A stretch of DNA of 52,624 nt, taken from assembly GCA_964016885.1 (NCBI GenBank), contig CAXHJY010000371.1:1-52624 (forward strand), written 5' to 3'. The notes under the pieces are model-generated. The model was not told the DNA's origin, did not search any database, and saw only the letters and a list, made by a program, of their open reading frames with translations. Positions 23,911 through 34,567 of this stretch are shown one piece after another. The stretch comes from Eledone cirrhosa. Its lineage: Eukaryota. Position numbers and translations under genes: made by a program. The stretch's first letter is position 1; each line of letters begins with the position of its first letter.

Positions 23911-24454
23911 TCTATTCAATAATTATTTGAATATTGAAATTTTAGGTTTAACTACCTTTTAAACCAAATACATTAAGAAAGGCATGACCAACACCACATC
24001 ATTTTTATTTCTATTTTGAAAGTAGGTTTATAAGTATTAAATTTCAGTAGATTCTTATATCCTTCATGGTGGTCTGGTGGGAGATACGAGAGATGGTGGA
24101 GGTTCTGGTCTGGGGTTCAATCCTGCTCAGGAGATACTCTAAGGGGGTTCATACTAAACTTCTTCAGTGTTTCTTATCTCTAGAGACAAATATATATACA
24201 TAAGGTAATCTGGTAAAGTTGTTAGAACATCACATAGAATTCTTTGTAGTATTTTTTCCAGTTCTTCAATCTGAGTTCAACTTTACTTTTCTTCCATTCG
24301 GGGTTGATAATAACGTACCAGTCAAATACTAGGGGTTAATTCTTCCTCTATATCTCTTTCTCACTCTCTGTCTGTTTTATTAAGACCTGGAGAGGTGATG
24401 TACTCTACCAGGTTTTATAATGAGTGATGGGGTCATACCTGCCTGCTACACCTC

Positions 24455-24990
24455 TGTGTACTAAGTGTAGCATATTATATCCTTGTTCAGGGCCTTCCTG
24501 ACATTACTGTGTACTAAGGGTAGCATTTTATATCCTTGTTCAGGGCCATCTTAACATTGCTGTGTACTAAGTGTAGCATATTATATCCTTGTTCGGGGCC
24601 TTCCTGACATTAGTGTGTACTGAGTGTAGATTTTAACATCCTTGTTCTGGGCCTTCCTAACATTACTGTGTACTGAGTGTAGATTTTAACATCTTTGTTC
24701 AGGGCCTTCCTAACATTGCTGTGTACTAGGTGTAGCATATTATATCCTTGTTCAGGGCCCTCCTGACATTACTGTGTACTAAGTGTAGATTTTGATATCC
24801 TTGTTCAGGGCCATCCTAACATTACTGTGTACTAAGAGTAGCATTATATATCCTTGTTCAGGGCCTTCCTAACATTACTGTGTACTAAATGTAGATTTGG
24901 ATATCCTTGTTCAGAGCCTTCCTTACATTACTGTGTACTAAGTGTAGCATTTCATATACTTGTTCTGGGCCTTCCTAACGTTACTGTGGA
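24455..24990. repeat. 53-bp minisatellite (~10 copies)
   Basis: Unit TGTGTACTAAGTGTAGCATATTATATCCTTGTTCAGGGCCTTCCTAACATTAC. Confidence 0.9.
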
Positions 24991-25775
24991 AATAGTAGTT
25001 TATATCCAATATGTAATATAGATATGGATTCTACAGGACTAAAACTCATTAATATGAGGGGTATTAGTAGATTATATGCCATATTTAATAGAGAAATGGC
25101 TTCTACAAGACTAAAACTCATTAATATGAGGGGTATTACAGTTTATATGCCATATTTAATACAGAAATGGCTTCTAAAGGACTAGAACTCTTTAAATTGA
25201 ATAAAATAGTAGTATATATCCTATGTTTAATACAGAAATGCCTTCTAAAGGACTAAAACTCATTAATATGAGGGTATTAGTAGATTATATAACATATTTA
25301 ATACAGAAATGGCTTTTAAATTCAGGGACTCGTTAATTTGATGGAAATAGTAGTGTCTATGCAATATTTAATACAGAAATAGCTTCTAGAGGACTAAAAC
25401 TAATTAATATGAGGGGTATTAGTAGTATATGTGCCATATTTAATACAGAGATGGCTTCTAAATGGAGGGATCTCATTAATTCGATTGAAATGGTAGTGTA
25501 TATGCAATATTTAATACAGAAATAGCTTCTACAAGAATAAAACTCATTAATATGAAGGTTATTATTACATTATATGCCATATTTAATACAGAAATCGGTT
25601 CTAAAGGACTAGAACTCTTTAATTCAAATCAAATAGTAGTATAAAGCAATATTTACTACAGAAATGGCTTCTACAAGACTAAAAATCCTTAATATGAGGG
25701 GTATTGTTAGATTATATACCATATTTAATACAGAAATGGCTTCTAAATGAAGAAATCTCTTTAATTCGATAGTAA
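24990..25775. repeat. ~71-bp AT-rich minisatellite (~11 copies, two alternating variants)
   Basis: ATATTTAATACAGAAATGGCTTCTA recurs at 25081, 25152, 25223, 25294 and onward. Confidence 0.9.
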
Positions 25776-26427
25776 TAGTAATAATAATAATAGTAATAGT
25801 AATAATACAGCCAATTTTCCACGCAATACTTTTAGTTAGCACCCCGAACGCATAATTGGGAATATAATCACTTATTTCCTAATGTTTGTTGAGTGAGTTG
25901 GGAAAAAAAACTTGGGAAATATATTTTCAGGGTCTCAAAATCTTAAAGAGAAAAAAAAGTCCTGTGGAAGGTAGCAAAACAATTAGGAAGAAAATGGTTT
26001 GAAGTTGGTTGGTGAGTATAAGATTACAGTATCTTGTTGATTTCTATAAAGTTTACTTTTAACTGAATTGGTAAAAATGGATAAATTAGAAGACACAATA
26101 TAATAACTAATATTGTCTTCTAAAACAGGGAATAAAAATATGTTGGTGTATTGGAGGGGGGGGGGGGGTAAACATGTGAGTTAATGGGAATGTTTTTGTT
26201 TGTTTTTATTGAAACATATTCAATCTACAGATAGGTTGTTATAGTTATTTAGTCTCGGGTCTGCCATTATCTGCAGATTTATAATTGAGGGGTGTTCCAG
26301 GTGTGACCACCCTACATTATTCCTAGAGATTGTTACTCCTTCATTCTTCAGTCATCTTGGTCTTCTTATGAGATGGTGGTGTAGTCTTATTTATTGTTAA
26401 GGTTATGGTCTTCCTTTGTCCACACTC

Positions 26428-26465
<38 letters not shown>

Positions 26466-26739
26466 AAAGGCTTCCTTCTCTGGAAAAAGATGATTTAATA
26501 TTCACAACCATCTGTCTAATTGTTTTCTGATGAGAATAAAGTTAATCTTGCTTGTATGTCTACCTGATCAAATGACTGGCTGATATCTTGAAGTCATTTA
26601 CACCACAGAACTGTAGGAGTCTTGATCCCTCAAGCCATACCTCTAGCCATCATGTACTCCAAAAGAGTCTCACCTTGGTGCTACTCAACATGTCCATTAA
26701 ATTTAGCAGCAAGGATGCCCTCTTCTTAGTGAGAGACAA

Positions 26740-27500
26740 CTACAAGAGAGGTTCTTAGAGAAGAATAAGCCACTATAGTTAACTTTTGTTGACATAGAGA
26801 ACCCCGATCTGTCATCTGGTGGTCCTTAAGGAAACTAGGTGTAGGGGAATGGCTTGTGAGGACAGTGCAAGCTATGTACAAGGGTGCTGTCAGTAAAGTG
26901 AGAGGAGGAATTCCAGAAACAAAGTAGGTGTACATCAGGGTTCGGTCCTCAGTCCGCTCTTGTTCATTATAGTCCTCCCTCCCTCCCTCCCTCCCTCCCT
27001 CCCTCCAAGCCATAACAGAGGAGGAGTAGTTTAAGACTGGATGCCCATGGGAACTTCTCTATGCTGACGATCTGGTTCTTATAGCAGAATCAGTAGAGGA
27101 GCTAGCTAGAGAATAAATTCTGGCTATGGAAACAGCAGTAGTTGGAATCAAGAAGACTGAGAGTGAACCTAGCTAAGACAAAAGTGTTTATAAGTAGAAG
27201 AGAGGACAAAACTCTGATTCTGTCAGGGAAATGGCCATGTTCGATATGTAGGAAAGGAGTTGGCATAAATTCTATGAAATGTAGTACGCAATGCAGATCT
27301 TGGCTACACAAGAGATGTAGTGGGATAGCAGGAAAACTGACTGACAGGTAGGGAGAAATACGTATGCAGTAGATGTACAGGGAAATTTGACAGAGATTGC
27401 AGTGATAGACACATTTTTCAAATGCAGGTGGGATCTATAGAGGGAGTTGATAGCTTCTGATACCTAGGTGATCAGATTAGTAAGGGAGGAGGGTGATATA
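26740..27500 (+). pseudogene. Decayed RTE-clade reverse-transcriptase core
   Basis: GVHQGSVLSPLLF, GCPWELLYADDL, LRVNLAKTK and KWPCSICRKGVG; interrupted by (CCCT)n and stops. Confidence 0.85.
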
Positions 27501-28319
27501 AAATATATTGTTATCATGACTGTCTTTATTATTTAAATTACCTCTGTCTATTTACAGATTTTACAGAGTGTACTGGGTGCTTTTATGATGGGAGCAGCAA
27601 CTCTATACGATTTTACAGAGTGTACTTGGTGCTTTTATCATGGCACATGGCAGCAGCAGCAGCAGCAACTACGATTTTACAGAGTGTACTTGGTGCTTTT
27701 TACTCTGACATCAGCACTGAGGAAGTTGTCATATTTTCAGCTAAATTAATGAGTAGAAAAACCAAGTTTCTGCTACAAAAAATTCTCAGATTCAAGGGAG
27801 ACATTCAGTTTAAGTATGGTATACTGTCACTAAGGCAGCAAATTGGCAGAGTCGCTAGAATATCAGATAGCATTCTTTACATTATTTGTTTCAGCTCTCT
27901 GTTCTCTCAATTCAAATCCTGCTCAGGTCAACTTTGCCTTTCATCCATACAAAATAGATTAATAAAAGTACCAGTGTATTACTGGGGTCAATTCTTCTTC
28001 TAACTCTTCTGCACTTCCATTCTCTCACTCTCTCTCTCTCTCTCTCTCTCTCTATGCTTCTTTAGAACACATCTGCTGTATTCAGACCTGGAGCGGAGAT
28101 GGGCTCCACCAAGTTTTAAAAATTGCCCTTTAAGCGCTGTATGTCAATATGGTGCCCCTATGATTCCCTCCCTCAGGAGTTATGGGACCATAGATACTGT
28201 CAATTGTAAAGAATAACAGAGATATTCAGTGCTAGTGTGGTGTTCTGTCAGTTGTGGAGATTGATGAATCTAAACAGAAATATCAACAGCACTTTTCATT
28301 TCTGAGTAACACATTTGTT

Positions 28320-28475
28320 ACCAAGTGCTGCATGGCTGGAATGAAAATCAGTGCTGTGAAAACCAAGACATTCATCCTCTCAAGGAAGCTTGTGCAGTGC
28401 ACTCTACATGTAAATGGAGTCCCACTGAAGCAGGTAGAAAAGTTCATGTATCTCGAAGCTGTGTTCACGAGTGAT
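28320..28475 (+). pseudogene. Short LINE RT fragment (RTE-like)
   Basis: GMKISAVKTK..VNGVPLKQVEKFMYL..VFTSD. Confidence 0.6.
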
Positions 28476-28614
28476 GACAGAGACGGCAAAGGCACAACAC
28501 ACAACAGAAGAAAAGAACAATGACAATTATTATTATTATTATTATTATTATTTGTTTTATTAGTTTTATTATAATAAAAATTGTGCTGTTAGTTTGCTTG
28601 CTATACCATCATGT

Positions 28615-28702
28615 ACCCTAACCCTAAACCTAACCCCAACTCCAACTCTGACCCTAAACCTAACCCCAACCCCAACCCTAACCCTAACCCTAACCCTAAC
28701 CC
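28615..28702. repeat. Interstitial telomeric repeat (CCCTAA)n, partly degenerate
   Basis: About 14 hexamers; the last four are perfect and abut the 172-bp array. Confidence 0.9.
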
Positions 28703-29462
28703 ACGATAGAAGACGTTCGTTACCGCTGGAGCAACGCAAATTACTCCTCGGTTGACGCCAAAAACGAACGCCTTCTCGACGGCTAGCCGCATTTCGTGAT
28801 CCGCCTTTCGATTGCGCTTCCGTCGCGGAAAAAGAATTGCCTTTATAGGCCGCCGCCGCCGCCCGACCGGACCCACGATAGAAGACGTTCGTTACCGCTG
28901 GAGCAACGCAAATTACTCCTCGGTTGACGCCAAAAACGAACGCCTTCTCGACGGCTAGCCGCATTTCGTGATCCGCCTTTCGATTGCGCTTCCGTCGCGG
29001 AAAAAGAATTGCCTTTATAGGCCGCCGCCGCCGCCCGACCGGACCCACGATAGAAGACGTTCGTTACCGCTGGAGCAACGCAAATTACTCCTCGGTTGAC
29101 GCCAAAAACGAACGCCTTCTCGACGGCTAGCCGCATTTCGTGATCCGCCTTTCGATTGCGCTTCCGTCGCGGAAAAAGAATTGCCTTTATAGGCCGCCGC
29201 CGCCGCCCGACCGGACCCACGATAGAAGACGTTCGTTACCGCTGGAGCAACGCAAATTACTCCTCGGTTGACGCCAAAAACGAACGCCTTCTCGACGGCT
29301 AGCCGCATTTCGTGATCCGCCTTTCGATTGCGCTTCCGTCGCGGAAAAAGAATTGCCTTTATAGGCCGCCGCCGCCGCCCGACCGGACCCACGATAGAAG
29401 ACGTTCGTTACCGCTGGAGCAACGCAAATTACTCCTCGGTTGACGCCAAAAACGAACGCCTT
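28701..29462 (+). repeat. 172-bp GC-rich tandem repeat (4.4 near-identical copies); probable rDNA IGS/ETS subrepeat
   Basis: Exact 172-bp period (ORF ends at 28876, 29048, 29220, 29392); lies 350 bp upstream of the 18S 5' end. Confidence 0.85.
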
Positions 29463-29812
29463 CCGGTTCGGGCGACGTAAAAGTCTGTAGCCTTTTCGCC
29501 GATCCTCGACGATTATCCGCCTTCCGAACAACCGCCGTCACAGCAGTAGGTACTCGTCCGTCGTAATAGCCGTCATTTTAATGCAGGAGAAACGCCTAAA
29601 TGCACTGCGATTAACGACGATCTACGACGCGCTTACTCTTCCTTGCTGCGACGAAGGTTTCGTTCGGCTTTTCGTCGTGGACCCGGTCAGGTCATGCCGC
29701 TGATCTCGCGTTGCGTCGTTACCGCTGGAGCAACGCAAATTACTCCTCGTTTAACGCCAACATCGAACGCGCTTCGGTTCTCGGTCGTCGTTGTTTTGTT
29801 TCGTGCGGAAGA

Positions 29813-29996
29813 TACCTGGGTGATCCTGCCAGTAGTCATATGCTTGTCTCAAAGCTTAAGCCATGCAAGTGGAAGTTCATGCCGTAAACGAAAATGGTGA
29901 AACCGCGAATGGCTCAGGAACCGGATCTAATCCTCGGGACCGTATTCCTCACCGCGAGGAGAGGATAACTGTGGCAATTCTAGAGCTAATACATGC
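29813..29996 (+). pseudogene. 18S rRNA 5'-end fragment
   Basis: TACCTGGGTGATCCTGCCAGTAGTCATATGCTTGTCTCAAAGCTTAAGCCATGCA, GGTGAAACCGCGAATGGCTCA and GGATAACTGTGGCAATTCTAGAGCTAATACATGC match the universal eukaryotic SSU start with few substitutions. Confidence 0.95.
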
Positions 29997-30002
29997 AATT
30001 GA

Positions 30003-32517
30003 GATCGGAGAGGGAGCGATCCGTCTGCTTGATTCCGATAACGAACGAGACATTCGTATCCGAAAGAACGTTTGTCTGGAAACTGGTGCAGTCAGTGAGT
30101 CGAAAAAAAAATATCTCGGTGGTAGTAGCAAATATTCGAACGAGACATTCGTATGCGAAAGAACGTTTGTCGGTGGTAGTAGCAAATATTCGAACGAGAC
30201 ATTCGTATGCGAAAGAACGTTTGTCTGGAAGTGGCGATCCATGCCCGGTGGATAGTTGGTTCCGGGTTTTACTATGATTGTTGCAAAACAGAAACTTAAA
30301 GGGATTGACAGAATTTGCCATTCCGGAGAGGGGGCGATCCGTCTGCTTGATTCCGATAACGAACGAGACATTCGTATCCGAAAGAACGTTTGTCTGGAAA
30401 CTGGTGAGTCAGTGAGTCGAAAAAAAAATATCTCGGTGGTAGTAGCAAATATTCGAACGAGACATTCGTATGCGAAAGAACGTTTGTCTGGAAGTGGCGA
30501 TCCATGCTCGGTGGATAGTTGGTTCCGGGTTTTACTATGATTGTTGCAAAACAGAAACTTAAAGGGATTGACAGAATTTGCGATTCCGGAGAGGGGGCGA
30601 TCCGTCTGCTTGATTCCGATAACGAACGAGACATTCGTATCCGAAAGAACGTTTGTCTGGATACTGGTGAGTCAGTGAGTCGAAAAAAAAATATCTCGGT
30701 GGTAGTAGCAAATATTCGTATGCGAAAGAAAAGATCTCGGTGGTAGTAGCAAATATTCGAACGAGACATTCGTAGGCGAAAGAAAAATATCTCGGTGGTA
30801 GTAGCAAATATTCGAACGAGACATTCGTATGCGAAAGAACGTTTGTCGGTGGTAGTAGCAAATATTCGAACGAGACATTCGTATGCGAAAGAACGTTTGT
30901 CGGTGGTAGTAGCAAATATTCGAACGAGACATTCGTATGCGAAAGAACGTTTGTCGGTGGTAGTAGCAAATATTCGAACGAGACATTCGTATGCGAAAGA
31001 ACGTTTGTCGGTGGTAGTAGCAAATATTCGAACGAGACATTCGTATGCGAAAGAACGTTTGTCTGGAAGTGGCGATCCATGCCCGGTGGATAGTTGGTTC
31101 CGGGTTTTACTATGATTGTTGCAAAACAGAAACTTAAAGGGATTGACAGAATTTGCGATTCCGGAGAGAGGGCGATCCGTCTGCTTGATTCCGATAACGA
31201 ACGAGACATTCGTATCCGAAAGAACGTTTGTCTGGAAACTGGTGAGTCAGTGAGTCGAAAAAAAAATATCTCGGTGGTAGTAGCAAATATTCGAACGAGA
31301 CATTCGTATGCGAAAGAACGTTTGTCGGTGGTAGTAGCAAATATTCGAACGAGACATTCGTATGCGAAAGAACGTTTGTCTGGAAGTGGCGATCCATGCT
31401 CGGTGGATAGTTGGTTCCGGGTTTTACTATGATTGTTGCAAAACAGAAACTTAAAGGGATTGACAGAATTTGCGATTCCGGAGAGGGGGCGATCCGTCTG
31501 CTTGATTCCGATAACGAACGAGACATTCGTATCCGAAAGAACGTTTGTCTGGAAACTGGTGAGTCAGTGAGTCGAAAAAAAAATATCTCGGTGGTAGTAG
31601 CAAATATTCGAACGAGACATTCGTATGCGAAAGAACGTTTGTCGGTGGTAGTAGCAAATATTCGAACGAGACATTCGTATGCGAAAGAACGTTTGTCTGG
31701 AAGTGGCGATCCATGCCCGGTGGATAGTTGGTTCCGGGTTTTACTATGATTGTTGCAAAACAGAAACTTAAAGGGATTGACAGAATTTGCGATTCCGGAG
31801 AGAGGGCGATCCGTCTGCTTGATTCCGATAACGAACGAGACATTCGTATCCGAAAGAACGTTTGTCTGGAAACTGGTGAGTCAGTGAGTCGAAAAAAAAA
31901 TATCTCGGTGGTAGTAGCAAATATTCGAACGAGACATTCGTATGCGAAAGAACGTTTGTCGGTGGTAGTAGCAAATATTCGAACGAGACATTCGTATGCG
32001 AAAGAACGTTTGTCTGGAAGTGGCGATCCATGCTCGGTGGATAGTTGGTTCCGGGTTTTACTATGATTGTTGCAAAACAGAAACTTAAAGGGATTGACAG
32101 AATTTGCGATTCCAGAGAGGGGGCGATCCGTCTGCTTGATTCCGATAACGAACGAGACATTCGTATCCGAAAGAACGTTTGTCTGGAAACTGGTGAGTCA
32201 GTGAGTCGAAAAAAAAATATCTCGGTGGTAGTAGCAAATATTCGTATGCGAAAGAAAAGATCTCGGTGGTAGTAGCAAATATTCGAACGAGACATTCGTA
32301 TGCGAAAGAAAAGATCTCGGTGGTAGTAGCAAATATTCGAACGAGACATTCGTATGCGAAAGAACGTTTGTCGGTGGTAGTAGCAAATATTCGAACGAGA
32401 CATTCGTATTCGAAAGAACGTTTGTCTGGAAGTTGCGATCCATGCCCGGTGGATAGTTGGTTCCGGGCTTTACTATGATTGTTGCAAAACAGAAACTTAA
32501 AGGAATTGACAGAATTT
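30003..32517 (+). repeat. rRNA-derived satellite array (copy 2, complete)
   Basis: Seven units with periods such as 263, 575 and 317 bp; same 54-bp subunit as 1-1545. Confidence 0.92.
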
Positions 32518-32546
32518 TCGAATCGACATCAACTCGGCTACGGCTA

Positions 32547-32900
32547 TCCCGTCGAGTACGAGAGTATCGCGGGATCAGAGCAACGGTTTGCTAGGCTGCC
32601 TCTGAGCGATAACGGCTGAACGCCTCCTCTAAGCCGGAACCCTAGCCGGACCCGAGTTGTTTTTCGACAAGCGTCTCGACCTTCTTAAGGCCCATGCCTT
32701 AGTTTGGCGATTGCCGTCCGTTCGCCGACGGCGGCAGCGTCAGCGGAAATGCCATTCTGTGACGACTACGACGATTCGTCGTCGTCGTCGTCGTCCATTC
32801 GATTTCCTGAAAGAGATAGAGACTAAAGTGATCAAATTGTTCGGAGTTACGTGCTTAGTAGAGCAGCTACCACACTGCAATCTATTGAGAGTTTTCTGAC
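32547..32900 (+). pseudogene. Degenerate 28S rRNA 3'-end fragment (copy 2)
   Basis: AGTACGAGAG at 32555-32564; near-identical to 1575-1925. Confidence 0.8.
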
Positions 32901-34334
32901 GAACGATACAATCCGCCCACGTGGCGCCAGAAAGGGAGAAGAAAAGAAAAGTTAGACGCCGCCGATCGATCGGTTCGTTGTTTTACGTGTACACAGCTTG
33001 TGTGTGTGTCTGTATGTGATACAAGCCGCCTATCCGTCTTCCAAGTAAGTTTTGTGTGTAGACTGCGGAAAGAAATCCAATCCGCCGTCTAGGCGGTTCT
33101 GCCGCCGACCCATACTTTTGCGAGTCGCTCCCGGGAAAGACAGGCGGCAAGACGGCGTGTATACACGACGCCTTCCGTCTTCCGCCTCGAACCCGGCAAA
33201 CGTTCCTTTATTCGTCCACGCCTTCCCGCTTCGATCGCGAGAAAGTAATCAATCTGTTTTGTGTGTGTGTCTGTGTGTGATACAAATTTGTTTTCTTAAT
33301 TTGATAACCATGAATTGTTTCAACACCGGCCCTTTTAAGGGCCACTTATATTTTCAATAATCAGTTTAAATGGGTTGCACCGTAGCCACTTGGTAATACA
33401 CTGCAAATCTCCCGTCAATCTATGAAGGTTTTGTAGTAGATTAGATCAAAACACAATCAGCAAGACAGTAATGGAATGAATAATATAAACATTTGTTTAT
33501 AATTAAAGCCTTAAGATGTCCCTCCCTCCCTCCCTCCCTTCCTTCCTTCCTTCCTTCCTTCCTTCCTTCCTTCCTTCCTTACGATATACACTTTAATAAC
33601 ATTGAAACTTATTTAATAAGTTTAAATTTTAAACACTTTTTATTCAGACGTACCGCGATAAGTAACTAGATATGTTCTAACGAATAATCCGCGATGTGGC
33701 GAGGATTACCGCGATAGGAAATTAGATACGTTCCAAAGAAATATCCGCGAAAAGTGAACCGCGATATAGCGGGTTCACCAGCCAGTGTATTACTGGTACT
33801 TTATTTTATCGACCCCCATAAGGATGAAAGGCAAAGTTAACTGTGCAATAACAAAGGGAGATAACCTCGTCTTTTTTTTTTTACGGAGTTATTTCCCTTT
33901 AAATTTTATCTATTACTTATGATGATACAATTTAATCAGTTCTTAGCTGTCGAGACACTGCATCCTTTAAAACCTCCATGGAACAAGCTACCTGCAACAG
34001 TTGTTAGCTGTCGAGACACTGCATCTTTTAAAACCTCCATGGAACAAACTACCTGCATCAGTTGTTAGGGTCTGAGTTCAAATCACGCCGAGGAGGTTAA
34101 CTTTGCCTTTCATCCTTACGGGGTCGGTCGGAAAACGAACCATTCCCGGTTCGCTTTCGAAGCGGGTTTCCGAAAACAGCGCTTCTCTCGACCGGGCCCG
34201 TCGTCCGCTCGGCGGTGGTTTTCATCGTCCCAGGCACGGCTAACAGGCGGAGACGGGACAAACGCGCGTGTTCCTTTTTTTATCAGCCGCAGCGCCGTTC
34301 GTATATATGCTTAGGTTGTTTTTTTTTTAAATAT

Positions 34335-34567
34335 CCTAAGTTAAGTTGGGGCTAAGTTAAGTTGGGGCTAAGTTAAGTTGAGGTTAAGTTGAGTTGGGGT
34401 TAAGTTAAGTGGGGGTTAAGTTAAGCTGGGGTTAAGTTAAGTTGAGGTTAAGTTAAGTTGGGGTTAAGTCAAGTTGGGGTTAAGTTAAGTTGGGGTTAAG
34501 TTAGGTTGGGGTTAAGTTAGGTTGGCGTTAAGTTAAGTTGGGGTTAAGTTAGGTTGCGGTTAAGTTA
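34335..34567 (+). repeat. 15-bp G-rich telomere-like tandem repeat (copy 2)
   Basis: As 3352-3584. Confidence 0.95.

Noticed and set aside
30003-32517. CRISPR array suggested by regular short repeats
   Set aside because: Units are contiguous with no unique spacers, there are no cas genes, the context is eukaryotic and the repeats are rRNA-derived.
29813-32900. Functional 18S/28S rRNA genes
   Set aside because: Most of both molecules is missing, fragments are out of order, and conserved positions are substituted.
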